Assembly: GCF_006345805.1 (NCBI RefSeq)
Contig: NC_043002.1
Location: 43,400,001-43,464,000 of the forward strand
Source: Octopus sinensis
Taxonomy: Eukaryota
Direction: 5' to 3'
Length of the DNA stretch: 64,000 nucleotides
Of this stretch, positions 49,915 through 63,945 are shown in pieces. Each line of letters opens with the position of its first letter. The first letter of the stretch is position 1. The position numbers were made by a program, and so were the translations under genes. Under the pieces are notes generated by a model. The model had not been told where the DNA came from and made no database searches. It was given only the letters and a program-made list of their open reading frames with translations.

Positions 49915-50340
49915 ATATTCTTCTACGCCGTGACGATATGGCCCTCAAACCAGCAACAGTCAAAGGAGGTGCTGTAGCTGTGTATGTAATGCCGATCTAT
50001 ATAAGATGAAAGCAGTGAGTAGGATCGGAAATCATCTCGTCTATCGTCTTCCGTCCTCTAGCCACTTACCTTGCTACCATAAACATTAATTCTCAACCAT
50101 CCTTTAGCTTACTCTCCATATTCTAGGTCTGTTCAACTCTTTCTCTCATTGCCTGTCACTCAAGCATCCTCTCCATCATGGAGATTTTCTCTTTGTATGC
50201 GCCATCCCCGCGACCAGTCTGCGAGCCCTACCTACTTCCTTGTCTTCCGTGCCACCAATTTTATTCTATTCTTATTCTAACATCTTTATTCTGTTTACCC
50301 TCCATCCGGCCGATCTTACTCTTAATTACTTACGCCATCA
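49915..50340 (+). mobile_element. Very decayed Penelope-like RT N-terminal fragment
   Basis: RRDDMALKPATVKGGAVAV resembles the PLE motif DDIVIKPADKGGAVVV; DLYK and RPI remnants follow at plausible spacing. Confidence 0.5.
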
Positions 50341-51049
50341 ACAGGTTGAGACCCAAATCTTGCTTCATTTAGTTGGCTCCACCTTAGAGCTTCACGGTCG
50401 CCACATTAATGAGGGCAACGGCGTCACGTTCCTCCTACGAAGAACTGCTGAGCCTTAAACATAAGATGGAATCACAAAGACCCACTCATAAACACACGAA
50501 TCTACGTTTCCTGTCTTCGGTCACTTCTGTTTATTTGCTGACGCTCTCTTTAATAAAACATTATTGTTTCTAACACCTCCTGTCATCCATTTTCTGTCGC
50601 TCCAGTCTGCAAGTGGCTTTGAATCCAAAACGAATATCTTGAAAAGAAATTGCAAAATTTTTGAAGTAATCACAAGAAAATAAGAACCTACTTACCATCT
50701 TAGATAATAGTAAGAATGAGGAATACTTTCACGAATCAAATTTCTTTGTACGCACTATAATTAACATTTGATCGAAAACGAATGAAGAACAACATTGAGT
50801 TTGAAACGTGACTCTCCTTCTTTATAGAATTCCAATCTAACAACATAGATAACCTTCTCAAAAGATCGGCCGCATATTATATGCAGCGGTGTGAGCAGAA
50901 TTAAGTGGGTTACCGAAAAGCACAACTAAATATACATGTAGTTTTATATATTACTCTTTCAATTACTACACTAGCACATATATAGATGAAAAATGAATTA
51001 AAAACAAAAGTAAAATGCATGTAAATATTTCATTCATACGTGCCTTAGA

Positions 51050-51216
51050 CATGACATGTGGTAAGAAGCTTGCTTCCCAATCACATAGTTCCGGTTTCAG
51101 TCTCACTACGTGCCGCCTTGAGCAAATGTCTTCTACTAAAAACCACGGGCCGATCAAAGTCTTGAGAGGGGATTTGGCAAGCGGAAACTGAAAGAATTAT
51201 GTGGTACATATATATA

Positions 51217-51275
<59 letters not shown>

Positions 51276-51423
51276 TGTGAAATAGAAAGATGAATAATCT
51301 TGTAGTAGATTAATCAAAAGTTTAACCGATACCTTAGTAGCAAAAATCACAGCAGTAAACACGTGTAGAATGAAATAAAACGATTTCTGTTCAATCTGCG
51401 TTCAGCTCCATTTCTTCAATTCA

Positions 51424-51467
<44 letters not shown>

Positions 51468-51951
51468 TGTGTGTGTCTTTGTGCCTGTGTTTGTCCCCCA
51501 CCACTGCTTGACAACCGGCAGTGGTGTGTTTACGTCCTCGTAACATAGCGGATCGGCAAAAGAGGTCCGATAATATAAAAATATAAGTACTAAACTTTAA
51601 AAATAATAAGTCCTGAGGTCGATTGTTCTATTAAGATCCTTCAAGGCGACACCCCAGCATGGTCACAGTCAGATGACTGAAACATGTAAAAGATAAATGA
51701 TAAAAGATAAGTAAATTTGTAAGACTATAATATTCTTTTATTCCTTTTTTTCTTTTACTTGTTTCAGCCATTTGACTTCGGCCAAGCTGGAGCGCCGCCT
51801 TTGGTCGAACAAATCGACCCCAGGACTTATTCTCTGTACTTATTCTATCGATCTCTTTTGCCGAACAGCTGTTACGGACACGTAAACACAACATCGGCTG
51901 TCAAGCGATGATGGGGAGATAAACACAGACACGCGAATGTATATATATATA

Positions 51952-52033
<82 letters not shown>

Positions 52034-52085
52034 CGACGAGCTTCTTTCAGGTTCCAAATCCACTTACAAGGTTTTAGCCGGCCCG
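51050..52085. mobile_element. Tail-to-tail inverted pair of family A SINEs (+ 51050-51695; - 51748-52085)
   Basis: The plus-strand head and tail are followed ~50 nt later by the reverse-complement tail and head. Confidence 0.85.
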
Positions 52086-52422
52086 ATTTATCTTCTATAT
52101 TTGTGCGAAATTATTAAAATATCAGTAATTTAGTTAATACTGTCGTTTTCATGCCGCGTAAGTCTTTCTGATCAGATTTTAATGCTCATAATATTATATA
52201 TGCTAGCATTAACTTAAGTATCGCTTTTCATGCAGATGGTGACTCTGAATATATATCTCAGCAATTTGTTTCCTAAATGAAGAAGGTCGCCATTTTCCCC
52301 CTTTTATCAACAAAGTTTTATTCCCCCATCTCTGCATTTAGTACACAGATATGCTGAATTCGTAAGAATAGCTGAAGAATTAGAACGCTAAACATAGCAC
52401 TTTTCAATATTTAGTGCCGTCC

Positions 52423-52930
52423 AAGGCGGCGACCAGGCAGAATCGTTAGTACGCCGGGTAAAATGCTTAGCAACATTTTGCCCATCTTCACGTTCTGAGT
52501 TCAAATTCCACCGACGTCGATTTCGCCTTTCATTTTTTCGGTGTCGATAAAATAAGTACAAGTTGAACACTGGGTTCGATATAATCGACTTATCCCTTCC
52601 CCCCCCCCCCGAACTAGTTGACCTTGAGCCAAAATTTAAAATCAATAAGTCCCATCCAAGATGGCGAGCTGGCAGAACCGTTAGCGTGCCGGATAAAATG
52701 TTTAGCAAACATCTCTTCTGGCTTTACGTTCTGTGTGCAAATGGCATCGATTTCAACTTTGCTTTTCATTCTTTCTGAGTCGTTAAAATCTTACCAATTA
52801 AGCAATGGTGTTAATATAATAGACTGAGTCCTTTCCCTAAAATTGCTGGCTTTCAAACAAAATTTGAAGCCATTATTTAGTCTCGTCTAACTACATTCTG
52901 AGGTCAAATTACGCAGTGGTTGAATAAGGT
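52423..52930 (+). mobile_element. Tandem family B SINEs (two near complete, one remnant)
   Basis: AAGGCGGCGACCAGGCAGAATCGTTAG at 52423, ATGGCGAGCTGGCAGAACCGTTAG at 52661, and a TTCTGAGGTCAAATT remnant at ~52897. Confidence 0.85.
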
Positions 52931-54670
52931 TTTCATTCTTTTGTGCATTGTCAGAAGCTGGTATTTAACTGAACAAAAACCGTGAATATATGAAGAGAAA
53001 TCATAAACAATGTTGAGCTATCACAGAACCTAAATCACAAATGAATGCGAAATCGTGGTATTTATCTTTATCAAAATATCGTTCCAGAAGACATTTATGT
53101 TTCATTAGAGCTGCATAACTTGAGAGGCAATAGACATAGAGCATAAATTTGAATCAAATCTGTCTCCAGTCATTGTGGCGTATCTTAACGGCATTTCCAG
53201 GATTATCATATAATTGTGTTTCAAAATAATTTAAATGTCACCACCAAAGAAATGTAGATTTTGCGAAACCTTTTAGCTTATTTCACTTTGCTAAAAGTAC
53301 AACCTTTAATTTTTCCCGAATACCCTTGTAAGAAATACGTGCAGTGTATAATTAGTCGTTTGTGCTAGGTTCAATATCTTGATGAAGGTAGTAAGAAGTC
53401 TTTCTCGTACTCAACTTCATACTGGAATCCGTAATTCTCTCCACCATTTTAGCCATTATAAGCTTCTGTTTCTAATTGTGCATTATGGCTGATTAACTAC
53501 TGTTGGTAACTCGTTATATTCATCCTCTACAATCTGAGTGTGTTATTCGACTACGAATGATTCAAGAATGACATTGCCCTCGAAGGCAGATATGTCACAT
53601 TAACTCAAAGGCTTTCCTATCATTCCAGATATGCTATGATGTATGTTGGCATTAATATCATATCCAGCTGTGTCAAAAAACAGTTACATCTGTTACGTCT
53701 GGAAATAAATATATGCGTATTGTTATTATTTCTTAAACAAACTTATATACCTGGAAGTGTTTTGATGTTTATTTAACAGCAATCCATTAAGTACATGTTC
53801 AAAGAAACACACATGAACTCAATATGCAATTTTTTGCATTAACAGCCGGCGGTGGGCTGTTTGTTTTAATTATATGAGGCCAGTTCTGTTTAGGAATGTG
53901 CTTTATAAACCACGATCTGTAGCTAATGTCTCGAATTAATGTTTTGTGCGTGTATGTGCCAGAGCTGTTGCTTTTATTTCTGTACTTAACCATGATTTTG
54001 ATTTGTTTTAAAACAAGCTAATTTCCATTAAAAATGCTTTTGGAATCTCCTAAATATTCCTTCTCTTTAATACATTCATTTTTATTTGCAAAATACGAAG
54101 GTGAATGTTTTAGAAATCTCATTTGCAAAGAAGATATTTCGGTTGAATTTCAAGTTAAAAACGACTCATTGCTGACACCTGTTCAAAGCAAATTAATGAC
54201 ATAATACGCTCGACAACAAAACAAAACGAAACAAAACAACAGTGCATTGATTTCCAAAACGTCTGTCCGTCCTAAGTTAGTTGAAAGCGAGTCACAAGAG
54301 GCCAATGAAGTGCAGAGTTAATTATAATGCTATTCCGTTCAAAACACATCAAATTCTAAAGCAAAAACTAAAAACTAAAAAAGTATTAAAAAAACTAGAA
54401 ATGATATTAAGGTTAAAAGCAACTAAAAAAACTATCGAGCAAAAGATAAATAGTAAAAGATAAATATGTACCTCACACGCATATATGAATGTACATGTGC
54501 ATGTATAATTTTATATATGTCATATACATGTATATGGTATAATATTATCTATATATATATGTATATATAGATAGAAAATAGAAATAAACAGTCTTGACTG
54601 CTATTTCTAATTTTTCGGTATGCGTCCAAGCAATCTGTTGCCTGCCCCATTTATTTATATATATATATAC

Positions 54671-54707
<37 letters not shown>

Positions 54708-55204
54708 GAGTATTTTTTTTCTTCACAAATGTAAATAAACCCAATCTGTTTCTTAAAGGAGGGACATATTCATTATGCACAGAATGTTATTTACCTAAAT
54801 GGACGTCAGCGATTGGTTAAAATTGCCGAAATGCTCGAAATTAAAGACGTAATATCATACAACTTATAGAATTTTCTCAATAAAGCCAAGAGAAAATGAT
54901 GTTTTATAAACACATTCTACCAGTATACGAAGTTTACAACTTTTTAGCTACCTAGAAATTATATTACAAATTGCCGTTCAAAAGGAAAAGATCCCGTATA
55001 TGTATATACATTTATACGTATATATATGTACATATGTGGGCACAGGACGTCACGAAACGTGTACAAAAAGATACGAAGCACAAGTACATGAACTATTCTT
55101 TCGAACAACGAAAGACACAAATGGAAAACAAAACAAACAACACAAAGAACGACCCTTCATCAGTTGTTGGCTATTTTTATAGTCTCGTACTTCGAGCATT
55201 TAAC

Positions 55205-55253
<49 letters not shown>

Positions 55254-55689
55254 TTATATATATGCTTGTATATAAATTTATATGTGTATATGTATACACA
55301 TATGCATAAACACACAGGCATTTTCTATCACTCATCCCCACTCTTTCTCTCACACATGCAGACATGCGCGCGCACTCACACACAAATACTGCGGTGAACA
55401 CAAGTAAATCCTCGACATTACTAAGATTTATTTTATATATTCATACGAGTCCCTCGCATTTCGTTGGTCACAATATATTTCCAAAATCCATCATCAATAT
55501 TTCTAGATGTTCGCAGGCGCATCTTCAGGATGTGAGGTGCAGTAGGCATGTTAAATCGCTTATTTTATAGTTGGAGAATGTGATTTATTGTAGACTCTGT
55601 CGCTAGAATTTTTAATTTGGCTCTTAGATTTATATCTTCTTACTCAAGTGTTCAATTTGGCGGTAACATGTCACAATTTACGATACATA

Positions 55690-55857
55690 GGCGCAAGTAT
55701 TGCTGTGTTAAGAAGCTCACTTTGCAATCACAGGATTTCGGGTTCAGTCGTACTGTGTGGCACTTTGGGCAAGTGTCTTCTCCTATAGCCCTGAACCAAC
55801 CACGTCTTTGTCTGTGACTTTGGTAGAAGGAAACTATGTGTAGAAGCCCGTCGTATA
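55690..55857 (+). mobile_element. SINE family A 5' half
   Basis: GGCGCAAG..GCTGTGT.AAGAAGCT head and TTTGGGCAAGTGTCTTCT core. Confidence 0.8.
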
Positions 55858-55869
55858 TATGCCAGAGTA

Positions 55870-56330
55870 AGTAAAAAAATGATCCACTTTCTTTAGGTTG
55901 GTCGCACTGCCTTCAGCGCTCACATACTAAAAGCTGGGAGTCTTATAGTCAGGTTACCGAGGTTTGATTTGTCTGTTGTCAGTGTGCATCAATGAAAAAC
56001 AGAGAGCAGCGATTCAATTTCGCTGGTCTGAATGTGTGCCAGGGACTGAAATCCACCACAAGCTATCAGTAGAATACGGGGACAGCTCTCCACTGCGTAG
56101 AAGCGTGTATGAGTGGGTCGCGATCTTTAAAAATGGTCGGACAAGCGTGAAATACAAAGTGGGAGCAATGCGTCTATCAACTTCTACCACTAACGTGAAG
56201 ATTCAACACGCTCGAGAGAAGGTTACGGCGAACTGACGAGTGGGCATCGAGAAGTGAGACATTCTCTCAAAATTAGTTATGGTTCTACATATCATTCACG
56301 ACATGCTTCACTTTGGTAAAGTCTCTGTAT
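55870..56330 (+). mobile_element. mariner 5' fragment of the same family as 44880-45930
   Basis: Shared 5' leader (CACTTTCTTTAGGT..G.CGCACTGC.TTCAGCG) and EKQRAAIQFRWSECVPGTEIHHKLSVEYGD..SVYEWV..FKNGRTSV. Confidence 0.85.
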
Positions 56331-56379
56331 TCATATGGTGAAGCGAATTTGTAGACTACTATAAAATTCAGGTTGAAAA

Positions 56380-56700
56380 TCTTACTTAAAAGCGCATTTA
56401 AATTCTGTTCTACAAAGGAAGCACAAAATATAGAAATCTACAGAAAATAAAAAAAGAAATACTTATTATCAACGTATATCCAAACAGACTAGTAGACGAA
56501 ACTACAGAAGAATATAAGTAAAAAATACAAAGCAAAGAATACTATGATTCAAATACATATTACCATAGAACAGACGAACACATCAAAATCTCATAACAGG
56601 AAACATAAACGGCATCACACCAAATTATTATCTTCCACTAATAATATGCTACGAAAATACTAAAATCAAAAACCTTCTTATGAGCAATAAATCACAAAGC
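56380..56700 (+). mobile_element. Possible decayed Penelope-like RT thumb fragment
   Basis: KEILIINVYPNRLVDET resembles the PLE L..NG(Y/F)P...(V/I)D motif. Confidence 0.35.
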
Positions 56701-58743
56701 TGTAAATCCTAGAACGTGTTACAAATCAGTGATGCAATTGATAAATTCGATTATAACCATGACTTCGACTAAGAATCGAAAACGTTGTTCGCCTTCTTAC
56801 CTAACAGCAATCGTTAATATCTACAACCCAGTGAAAGAAATATCAACATTTAATTGGTATGTCATATTGTGGATATCGTCAGCAATAGTTCATGTTTCCG
56901 ATAGATTTATAGGCTGAGGGATATGGGCATATGTCATGTTCGCGTTTTTACATCAACGTTAGCGATGTTAGATGAATTAACTGGCGTCCACATGGAATCG
57001 AATCTAGGTTGCAGACTTAGTTTCCGTAAAGCTTACTTCATACTGTACAACTCTACTACCCTGAACGGAAAGAGTGTAATCGACTGAATGTAACACTGGT
57101 ACATATTTGATAGACCTGGCAAAATCGACATTAGCTCTGTACGAAATAACAATGGAAGGAGTGAACTAAATGCTGTACAAGGACATAATACTGCAAGAAA
57201 AAAAAAAAAGAAAAGATTTCTTACTAAGGCAAAATTTCTTAAATGTAAAAGAAAAGATAATGAAATAGTGTGTTACTTGTATGCAAAGAAAATGGTTAGG
57301 ATTAAACCAGGAAGAGAAACCAGATTGCAAACTAGAGAAGATGGAAGCTTGCTTTTTTGGTGTATGTACCATCACACCAGATATTCTGACATCAATAGCA
57401 ATTTCAATTGAACGCGATCATTGCTATTATACGTTTATCTAAACTGATGCATATTGATTTTGCCGAAAGAGTTCTGGAAATCGTAGAGAGAATATAAAAG
57501 CTATACATAGTAAACTCTTATACGAATTGTTATCTATATATTGGATATCGTTCGTTAAATGACACCAATTATATGCTGTCATATAATATAAGCTTCCAGG
57601 TTTCAGCTATCAAAGTTTCCGTGATTATCCATTGCAAAGTAATCTCTTTCATTCTCGCTGCCAATTTCTCACGACAGACGTATTTAAAGATAGATTTAGT
57701 GAAAAGGGAAGGAAGAGAATCAAGCTTAAAATACGGACGAACATGGTATCTAGTAAAGTAAATACGCGATTTTCTACACAATAAAATTTTAGAGAAGTGA
57801 CCCGACAGCTTTCTTTTAAATCCCAGAAAGTCTTTACTTCAGCCAATGCAGCTTAATGAAACTTACACGAAGGATACAAAATTCTCAGGTCCAATCTTCA
57901 TATGTTGCCTCCCGTTCGTAGTTAAATGCATTAATGTTATTGGCCGTAGACAAAGTGCAGTGGTACTGATAAGGTACTCAGTCAATTTAAATTCCCTCAA
58001 GTTTATCGAAATAAAATTGCTCTTTCACTGTTCCGTTGCATGTAACGGATGGTGAATGGTAGGATCGGTAGAGTGATGACCAAAATATTTTGCTATGTCC
58101 ATCACGTTCTGATTACAAATCTTGTAAAGGTCTATTGAGAATTTTATCTTTCTCTAATTTTAAATTAAAAACTTGTCACGTAATTGACTTCACCATCATA
58201 TCTCGTATAAACTCTCGAAGAAAATTATTACAAGAAAACAGAGGATGAAGTAAACAAGTGTCCCGGCTGTCATTACTATGTAGTTTCAATCCGCGCTAAA
58301 GCAGTTTTATTTCAGTTACACCACTATACATGAATTTCTTATGCCCCAATTCATTCCAGACTTCATAACAAAATATACAATCTGGGGCACAATTAAAAAT
58401 AAAATAGTACTGAATTCGATGCACAGTTCCAAATAGCTATGGTTTACTATTGATTCAGAAGCAATCAGTATTCTTGGTGTAATTAAAATTTTAATTCATT
58501 TAAGAATTTTCAATAACTTGCAAAATCAGAATATTTTTAACCCGCACATATAAACGGATATTTTCTGGACGGTCATAAATTTGCCAAGCTTTCCAACGAA
58601 TATAATTCACGTGTGAATGAAGATGGTATGAAAACGTTAGTAACTTATAATTAGAGATGTGTTGAAGAATTTTCTTTGTCTTCTTTTCATTGGTATATTG
58701 GCAATTTTCTTCCTCCATCTTCCTTTCTATTGGACTTTTCTCT

Positions 58744-58780
58744 GTTTCTGAAGAAAAGCTCTGCTCAAAACGTTAAATCA
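58744..58780 (+). ncRNA. Decayed minimal hammerhead motif; a related remnant lies at 47115-47155 (-)
   Basis: GTTT-CTGAAGA-AAAGCTCTGCTC-AAAA-CGTT-AAAT; the GAAA box and the first helix II pair are mutated. The second copy keeps GCCC-GAAACGTT-AAAC but has lost the CTGA box. Confidence 0.4.
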
Positions 58781-59714
58781 TCTTTCTTTCCTTCCCTGAG
58801 CGCCATAAACTGTATCTTGTCTGGTTGTTGTTCTAAATATCGCCTGTTTTTATGAAGAGAATGTGAATGAAATTGCCGTCAGTTAACGGTACAGATTAAT
58901 TGGATCTAGTTGGTTTGGCTGCCAGCATTTAGAAAATTAAAGTTTATCGAAAATTTTAAAATTTGGCACATTAATATACTTTTCCAAGCTGAATTGCTGG
59001 AGTTATTTCGCTTTCTCCACAAAAATGCTTTTAGAAAGTTATAGAGGTTTAAAGTTTGATCATTTTCACCCAGTCAAGAAACAGGATTTTGAAACTGTCA
59101 CTTTGTGCGTGACTGCACGGTTAGCTCTACTTAGCGAACATTTCTTTTCTTCGATTCAATACTAAAGACGGGCTTTTTTGCCTAAAATATATAAAGGTTA
59201 CTAAACTTTCCCTTTTCATACTGTAAGAAGCTTTGCGTCTTAATTATTTTCTTTGTTATTTAACTTCTGTATGACAGTGCTTCAAGCAAACAACACTCTC
59301 CTTATATGCGTATGTGCATGTGTATGTGCGTGTAAGTGTCTGTATGTATGTATGTGTGCGTGTGTTTGTGTAGGTGTGTGTGAGTGTTTGTATAGGTGTG
59401 TGCATGTATAAATAAACTTACGAGTAGGTGTTTTTAATGTGCATCTTGTTCGTCACGCCGCACAAAGTACATAGTGCGATTAAGCCATATGTTTTATTAC
59501 TAGACAAATTTTATAACTTTGCCTTCATCTCTGTTTATACTAAAGCACCGTGTAGTGTTTTTAATATATATATGTATGTATAGGACAGTCTTAGCAGCGT
59601 TATAGAGCCCCTGGTAAATGAATTCACAGGCCCCCAAATATTTATTTATTGACAGCAAGCATACATAAATAGAACTGGCCCCTAGACTCATGAACCCCCA
59701 TTCTTTCGGTCAAC

Positions 59715-59765
<51 letters not shown>

Positions 59766-60369
59766 TACATAATGCATACATGCATATACATGTAAGAACA
59801 GATGTGTGTGTGTGTGTGTATTTATGTATGAATATGTGTGTATCCATATGCACAAACATTCACAAATATTCTATTATTTCCAATTTGGTAAAGAATTAGT
59901 TACGCAAAATGCCCTTTATTAGAGATATGTATATCCATGTACAAATAACATACATTACACTGTATTCAATATACGAATAATTATATAAACAAAGATAAGG
60001 TTTCCTAGATCTAGTCTTGAAAAACATGCGTTGCTTCTATTGTGTGTAATACTCTAAATATTACGAATTATTGTTTTGATTTGATTTACTTGATATAAAG
60101 CAAGATGCAAATCCTATATTTGTATAAAAAGGTATTTGATTACCATGTCAAAGGCGTCCTACTTTTTTTGGAAACCGAGAGTGTCTTATTTCAAGAGGAG
60201 TTATTTGCTATATCTGATAGCGCCCAGATTAGCTAATGTAATACTAAATTATGCTAGAGAAGATTCAATTGTATTTCTTCTTAAAAATGTTTCACTGCAG
60301 CCAATAAAAATAAATAGTTTTCTCAAGAATAAAAATAAATTTGTTATCATATCTTAATCATTTTTAAAA

Positions 60370-60590
60370 ACTTGTTTAAGTCATTAGACTGCAGCTATGC
60401 TGGGGCACTGCCTTAAAGAATTTTCATTCGAATGAACCGATCCCTATGAAAGATAGGCTTCTCTCAGTTCCTGTCTATCAAATCCACAGACAAAGCTTTG
60501 GTTGGCCCGGGGCTATAGTGGAGGACACTTGCCCAAGGTGTCACGCAGTGGGACTCAACCCGGAACCACGTGGTTGGGAAGGAAATTTCT
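60370..60590 (-). mobile_element. SINE family A, internally deleted
   Basis: Reverse-complement head and core (GACACTTGCCCAAGGTGTCACGCAGTGGGACTCAACCC) and a tail remnant. Confidence 0.82.
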
Positions 60591-60704
60591 TCGTGATGAT
60601 TTTGTTTAGAATTTTAGTGTTTTTATTTCGCATATAGATAACAGGTGAATTCGTTAAACATTTATGAATCATAAGAATTAAATGTAAATTAACTGGATCA
60701 TGGC

Positions 60705-61052
60705 ACAATAATAGTAAAGACCCCTTTCGGTCATGAATGACCATGGGATGGCACCTAAAAAGTTAACCTCCGAGGTACAAATCCGGGCAAGGTTGCTTAT
60801 GGAGGACCAGCAGTCGCCCATGTACACCAGTCTCCCCTATCCATGCCACCGATATTATCCAAGGGAAAGGCTGACACAGCTTGACTCCAGTGACGTCGCA
60901 ACTCATTTCTACAGCTGAATGAACTGGAGCAAAGTAAAATAAAATGTCTTGCTTAAGAACACAACACAACATACAGGCCGGTCCGGTTATTTGAACTCAC
61001 TACCTCATGTTTGTGAACCCGACGCTCTAACCACAGAGCCATGCGTCTTCAC
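60705..61052 (-). mobile_element. tRNA-derived SINE related to 35128-35455
   Basis: The minus strand reads GTGAAGACGCATGGCTCTGTGGTTAGAGCG..GAGTTCAAAT, then CTTAAGCAAGACATTTTATTTTACTTTGCTCCAG, then a LINE-type tail ending GACCGAAAGGGGTCTTTAC. Confidence 0.82.
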
Positions 61053-61322
61053 CAATAATGACCGATGTCAGAATATACTATTTGTACTAATTTAAGAATT
61101 TTATTTGTAATTTAAAAATCATGTCACATTTTATGATTACGTGCTCGTGATATACCATTGTCATAATCTGCTAGAGCCTCGGCAACTATATTCTTGCATT
61201 GCTATGGAATGGAAATTGTTGATTTGGAAACTGCGTGGTTCCTCCTTCTCAGAACAGAGAGCTAGGAATGCGGAGAGAGCTAGGAATGCGGAGAGAGAGA
61301 GAGAGAGAGAGAGAGAGTGAGT

Positions 61323-61354
<32 letters not shown>

Positions 61355-61769
61355 GAGAGAGGAGAGACAGACAGACAGCGAAAGAAAAATAGGGAGACAG
61401 AAGTGAGACAAAGACCTATTCCGATGACTTGAGGGTTGCTCTATCTTATTGATCCCAGTAAAATAAAAGGGAAAGTCAAGTTTGAGCCGAAGCAAAGACC
61501 TATGAATTTGTCCGAAGGTCTAACGATTCACTCAACCGCACTTCGAGTAATGCACGCACCACCCTCCAGATAGGTGTGTGTGTGTTGTAATCTTGATGTG
61601 CCGATTCAAAGAAAAAATAACTATTAATCTGTGCCGTTTACAGAAACTTAGGGTTAAGCAATTGTAAATGGTGTGCTGGAAATTGTGAAGAGATAAACAC
61701 ATTTGAAGTATGCATGTTTTCTTGTCATATCCTCCTCCTTCTCCTCATCCTCCTCCTCCTCCTCCTCAT

Positions 61770-61800
<31 letters not shown>

Positions 61801-63799
61801 AGCCGTAGCATGAGTTGCACTCTGCCAGCGTCACGACAGTCACATTCCCTCAACATATATTTCTAAATTCTGTCTCCGGATTGTGTTACGAGTTATTATA
61901 ATCAAGCCAATGAAATCTTCTTGCTAATATGGATTTGAAATTAATAAACGTTATATGTACATGTGTATTCATACTTGCAAAGATATATAAGAAACTAGAC
62001 GCAAAACCGTCTGCGTGTTAGCTATTCACTTCATTAATTCAACGACAACTAATCTACTCAATACTAGAATTCTTGTCTCCTTGTAAAGAAAAGTTCAGAC
62101 GGCAGTGTCAACATAGGAAAGACAATGCATCCTATTCATGCATCTTTCTTCTCAAATCAGTTCTAGCCTCTGTCCATCCCTTTTCGTAAAGTGTAATTAC
62201 ATAGAAAAATTGCTTTGCGAGAATGTAGTGCACAGAAGATTAAATTTATACCACAGTCTCAATCATATAAACAACTACAGCAAAAACTTCTGCTTGTATA
62301 CTAGAATAAAGAAAGTCTAGTGCATTGAAATTATTTGGTTCCCCCATTCCAATATATTCTATCAGTATTTTTCCTTCTAATATAAGTAAAATAGAGTATT
62401 TTATTTTTTATTAGAGATTGGAACTCCGATTTCCGTTATTCGTTTTTTCCTTTTGTTGCTGTTGTTTTCTTTTTGATAAGATTATTTTCTTTTTAAATAG
62501 ACTTCATATTATGTAGATCAATAATGATCACAAATGTTTAATTTATATTTTTTTTTGTTTATCCAATCAGCTCACTATTTCTTTGAGCCAAGCGTTATTT
62601 CTCACCCCCTCTTTCTCTCCCTCCCTCTCTCTGTATGGAAGTGAGTATTTACGTATATGTATGTGTGTACGTATATCTAATTGTATTAGAGTATGTACAT
62701 TTGTCTTTTGGTTATCTTAATTTTGATGCCATGTGTATTATACGTTTTGCAAAATTTTATGACGATTAAAACTAAAATATCAGGTACATCGATTATGACA
62801 TGTAAAGCATTCTCGTTCTGGTGGTTTACAATTCCCACCAATCTTTAATTCATATTCTTTGCCTCCCAACAATAACTGACTTATAGAAACACGCAATTAA
62901 TATCAAACACGTCCTGTTCGCCACTGTGGAAGAAATTACAAGAACTATGGCCACCTCTTTTCCATCACGCATTAATTAATATAAGATATTCATCAAACAG
63001 AGTTAGATCTCTATCACAAATTTAATAATTCATTTTCTATACTATATCTGAATGGACTTGGATTACACTCAGAATTTGATTACTTCTTTCATTTTATACA
63101 GGATTAAACCGATAACACTGTCGACGCTGAAACTACCGCACACTTAACAACTGAAACATATCATAGGTTACAGAGCCATTTTATAGAACCGGATATAATC
63201 GATCTAACCGTGGTGATTTATTTGAATCGTTTTGAAGCTCACACAAATATATAGGCTGAAATATGGCCGTTAGCACTGTAAGCGCATTTGAAGGTCTTCG
63301 TCGGTTTGAGTTTTGTCAAGTTGATATGTATAGCTTGAGGAAAAATAGTCAATTATCCTGCTTCTCATAATAACTGGTGACAAGAATACATCTATGAATA
63401 ATGAAAGTGTCAATTATGCCAGTTTTACTTCCTCGTTTAAGATTTATATAGATTTTGTATTTATCTATCAGATGGAGCATTATGTCTCTTGTGAGAAAGA
63501 CCTTCCAGTATTCTTTCCATATTTGTGTGGTCGGAGTTCAAACACCACTGAAGTCAACTTTACTTTCATCTTTTGGGGTCAGTATTTTAAAGAACTAACC
63601 GACTTCTCACCCTTTCTATCTATCTGTCCAAATTTCTTTCTTTTTTTCCTCATTTTCCTTCACTCTCTTTCTCTCTGAAAGAATTAGAATCTGGAGAGAA
63701 ATGAGGTTGACCAGGCTCTACTGGACTCGCCGTAAGTCACGACACTGCTCCAACGACTCTATCAGATGTTAAAAGTTCACCACCATTAAAAGTATTTAT

Positions 63800-63945
63800 A
63801 GGTGCAGTCATAGTGGTGTGGTTAAAACATTCGTTTCACAACTACGTGTATCTTAGTCCGACTTGGGTAAATATCTTGGGTCTGATATAACATCTGGCTC
63901 ATCAATACCTTGTAAGTAGAATCTGATAGACAGAAATATATAAAT
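63800..63945 (+). mobile_element. Decayed SINE family A 5' half
   Basis: TAGGTGCAG..GTGGTGTGGTTAAAACATT head and TTGGGTAAATATCTT core remnant. Confidence 0.5.

Noticed and set aside
50696-50754. Minus-strand open segment CVQRNLIRESIPHSYYYLRW ending at a GTAAGT donor
   Set aside because: The acceptor context is weak and there is no homology or partner exon; compatible with chance.
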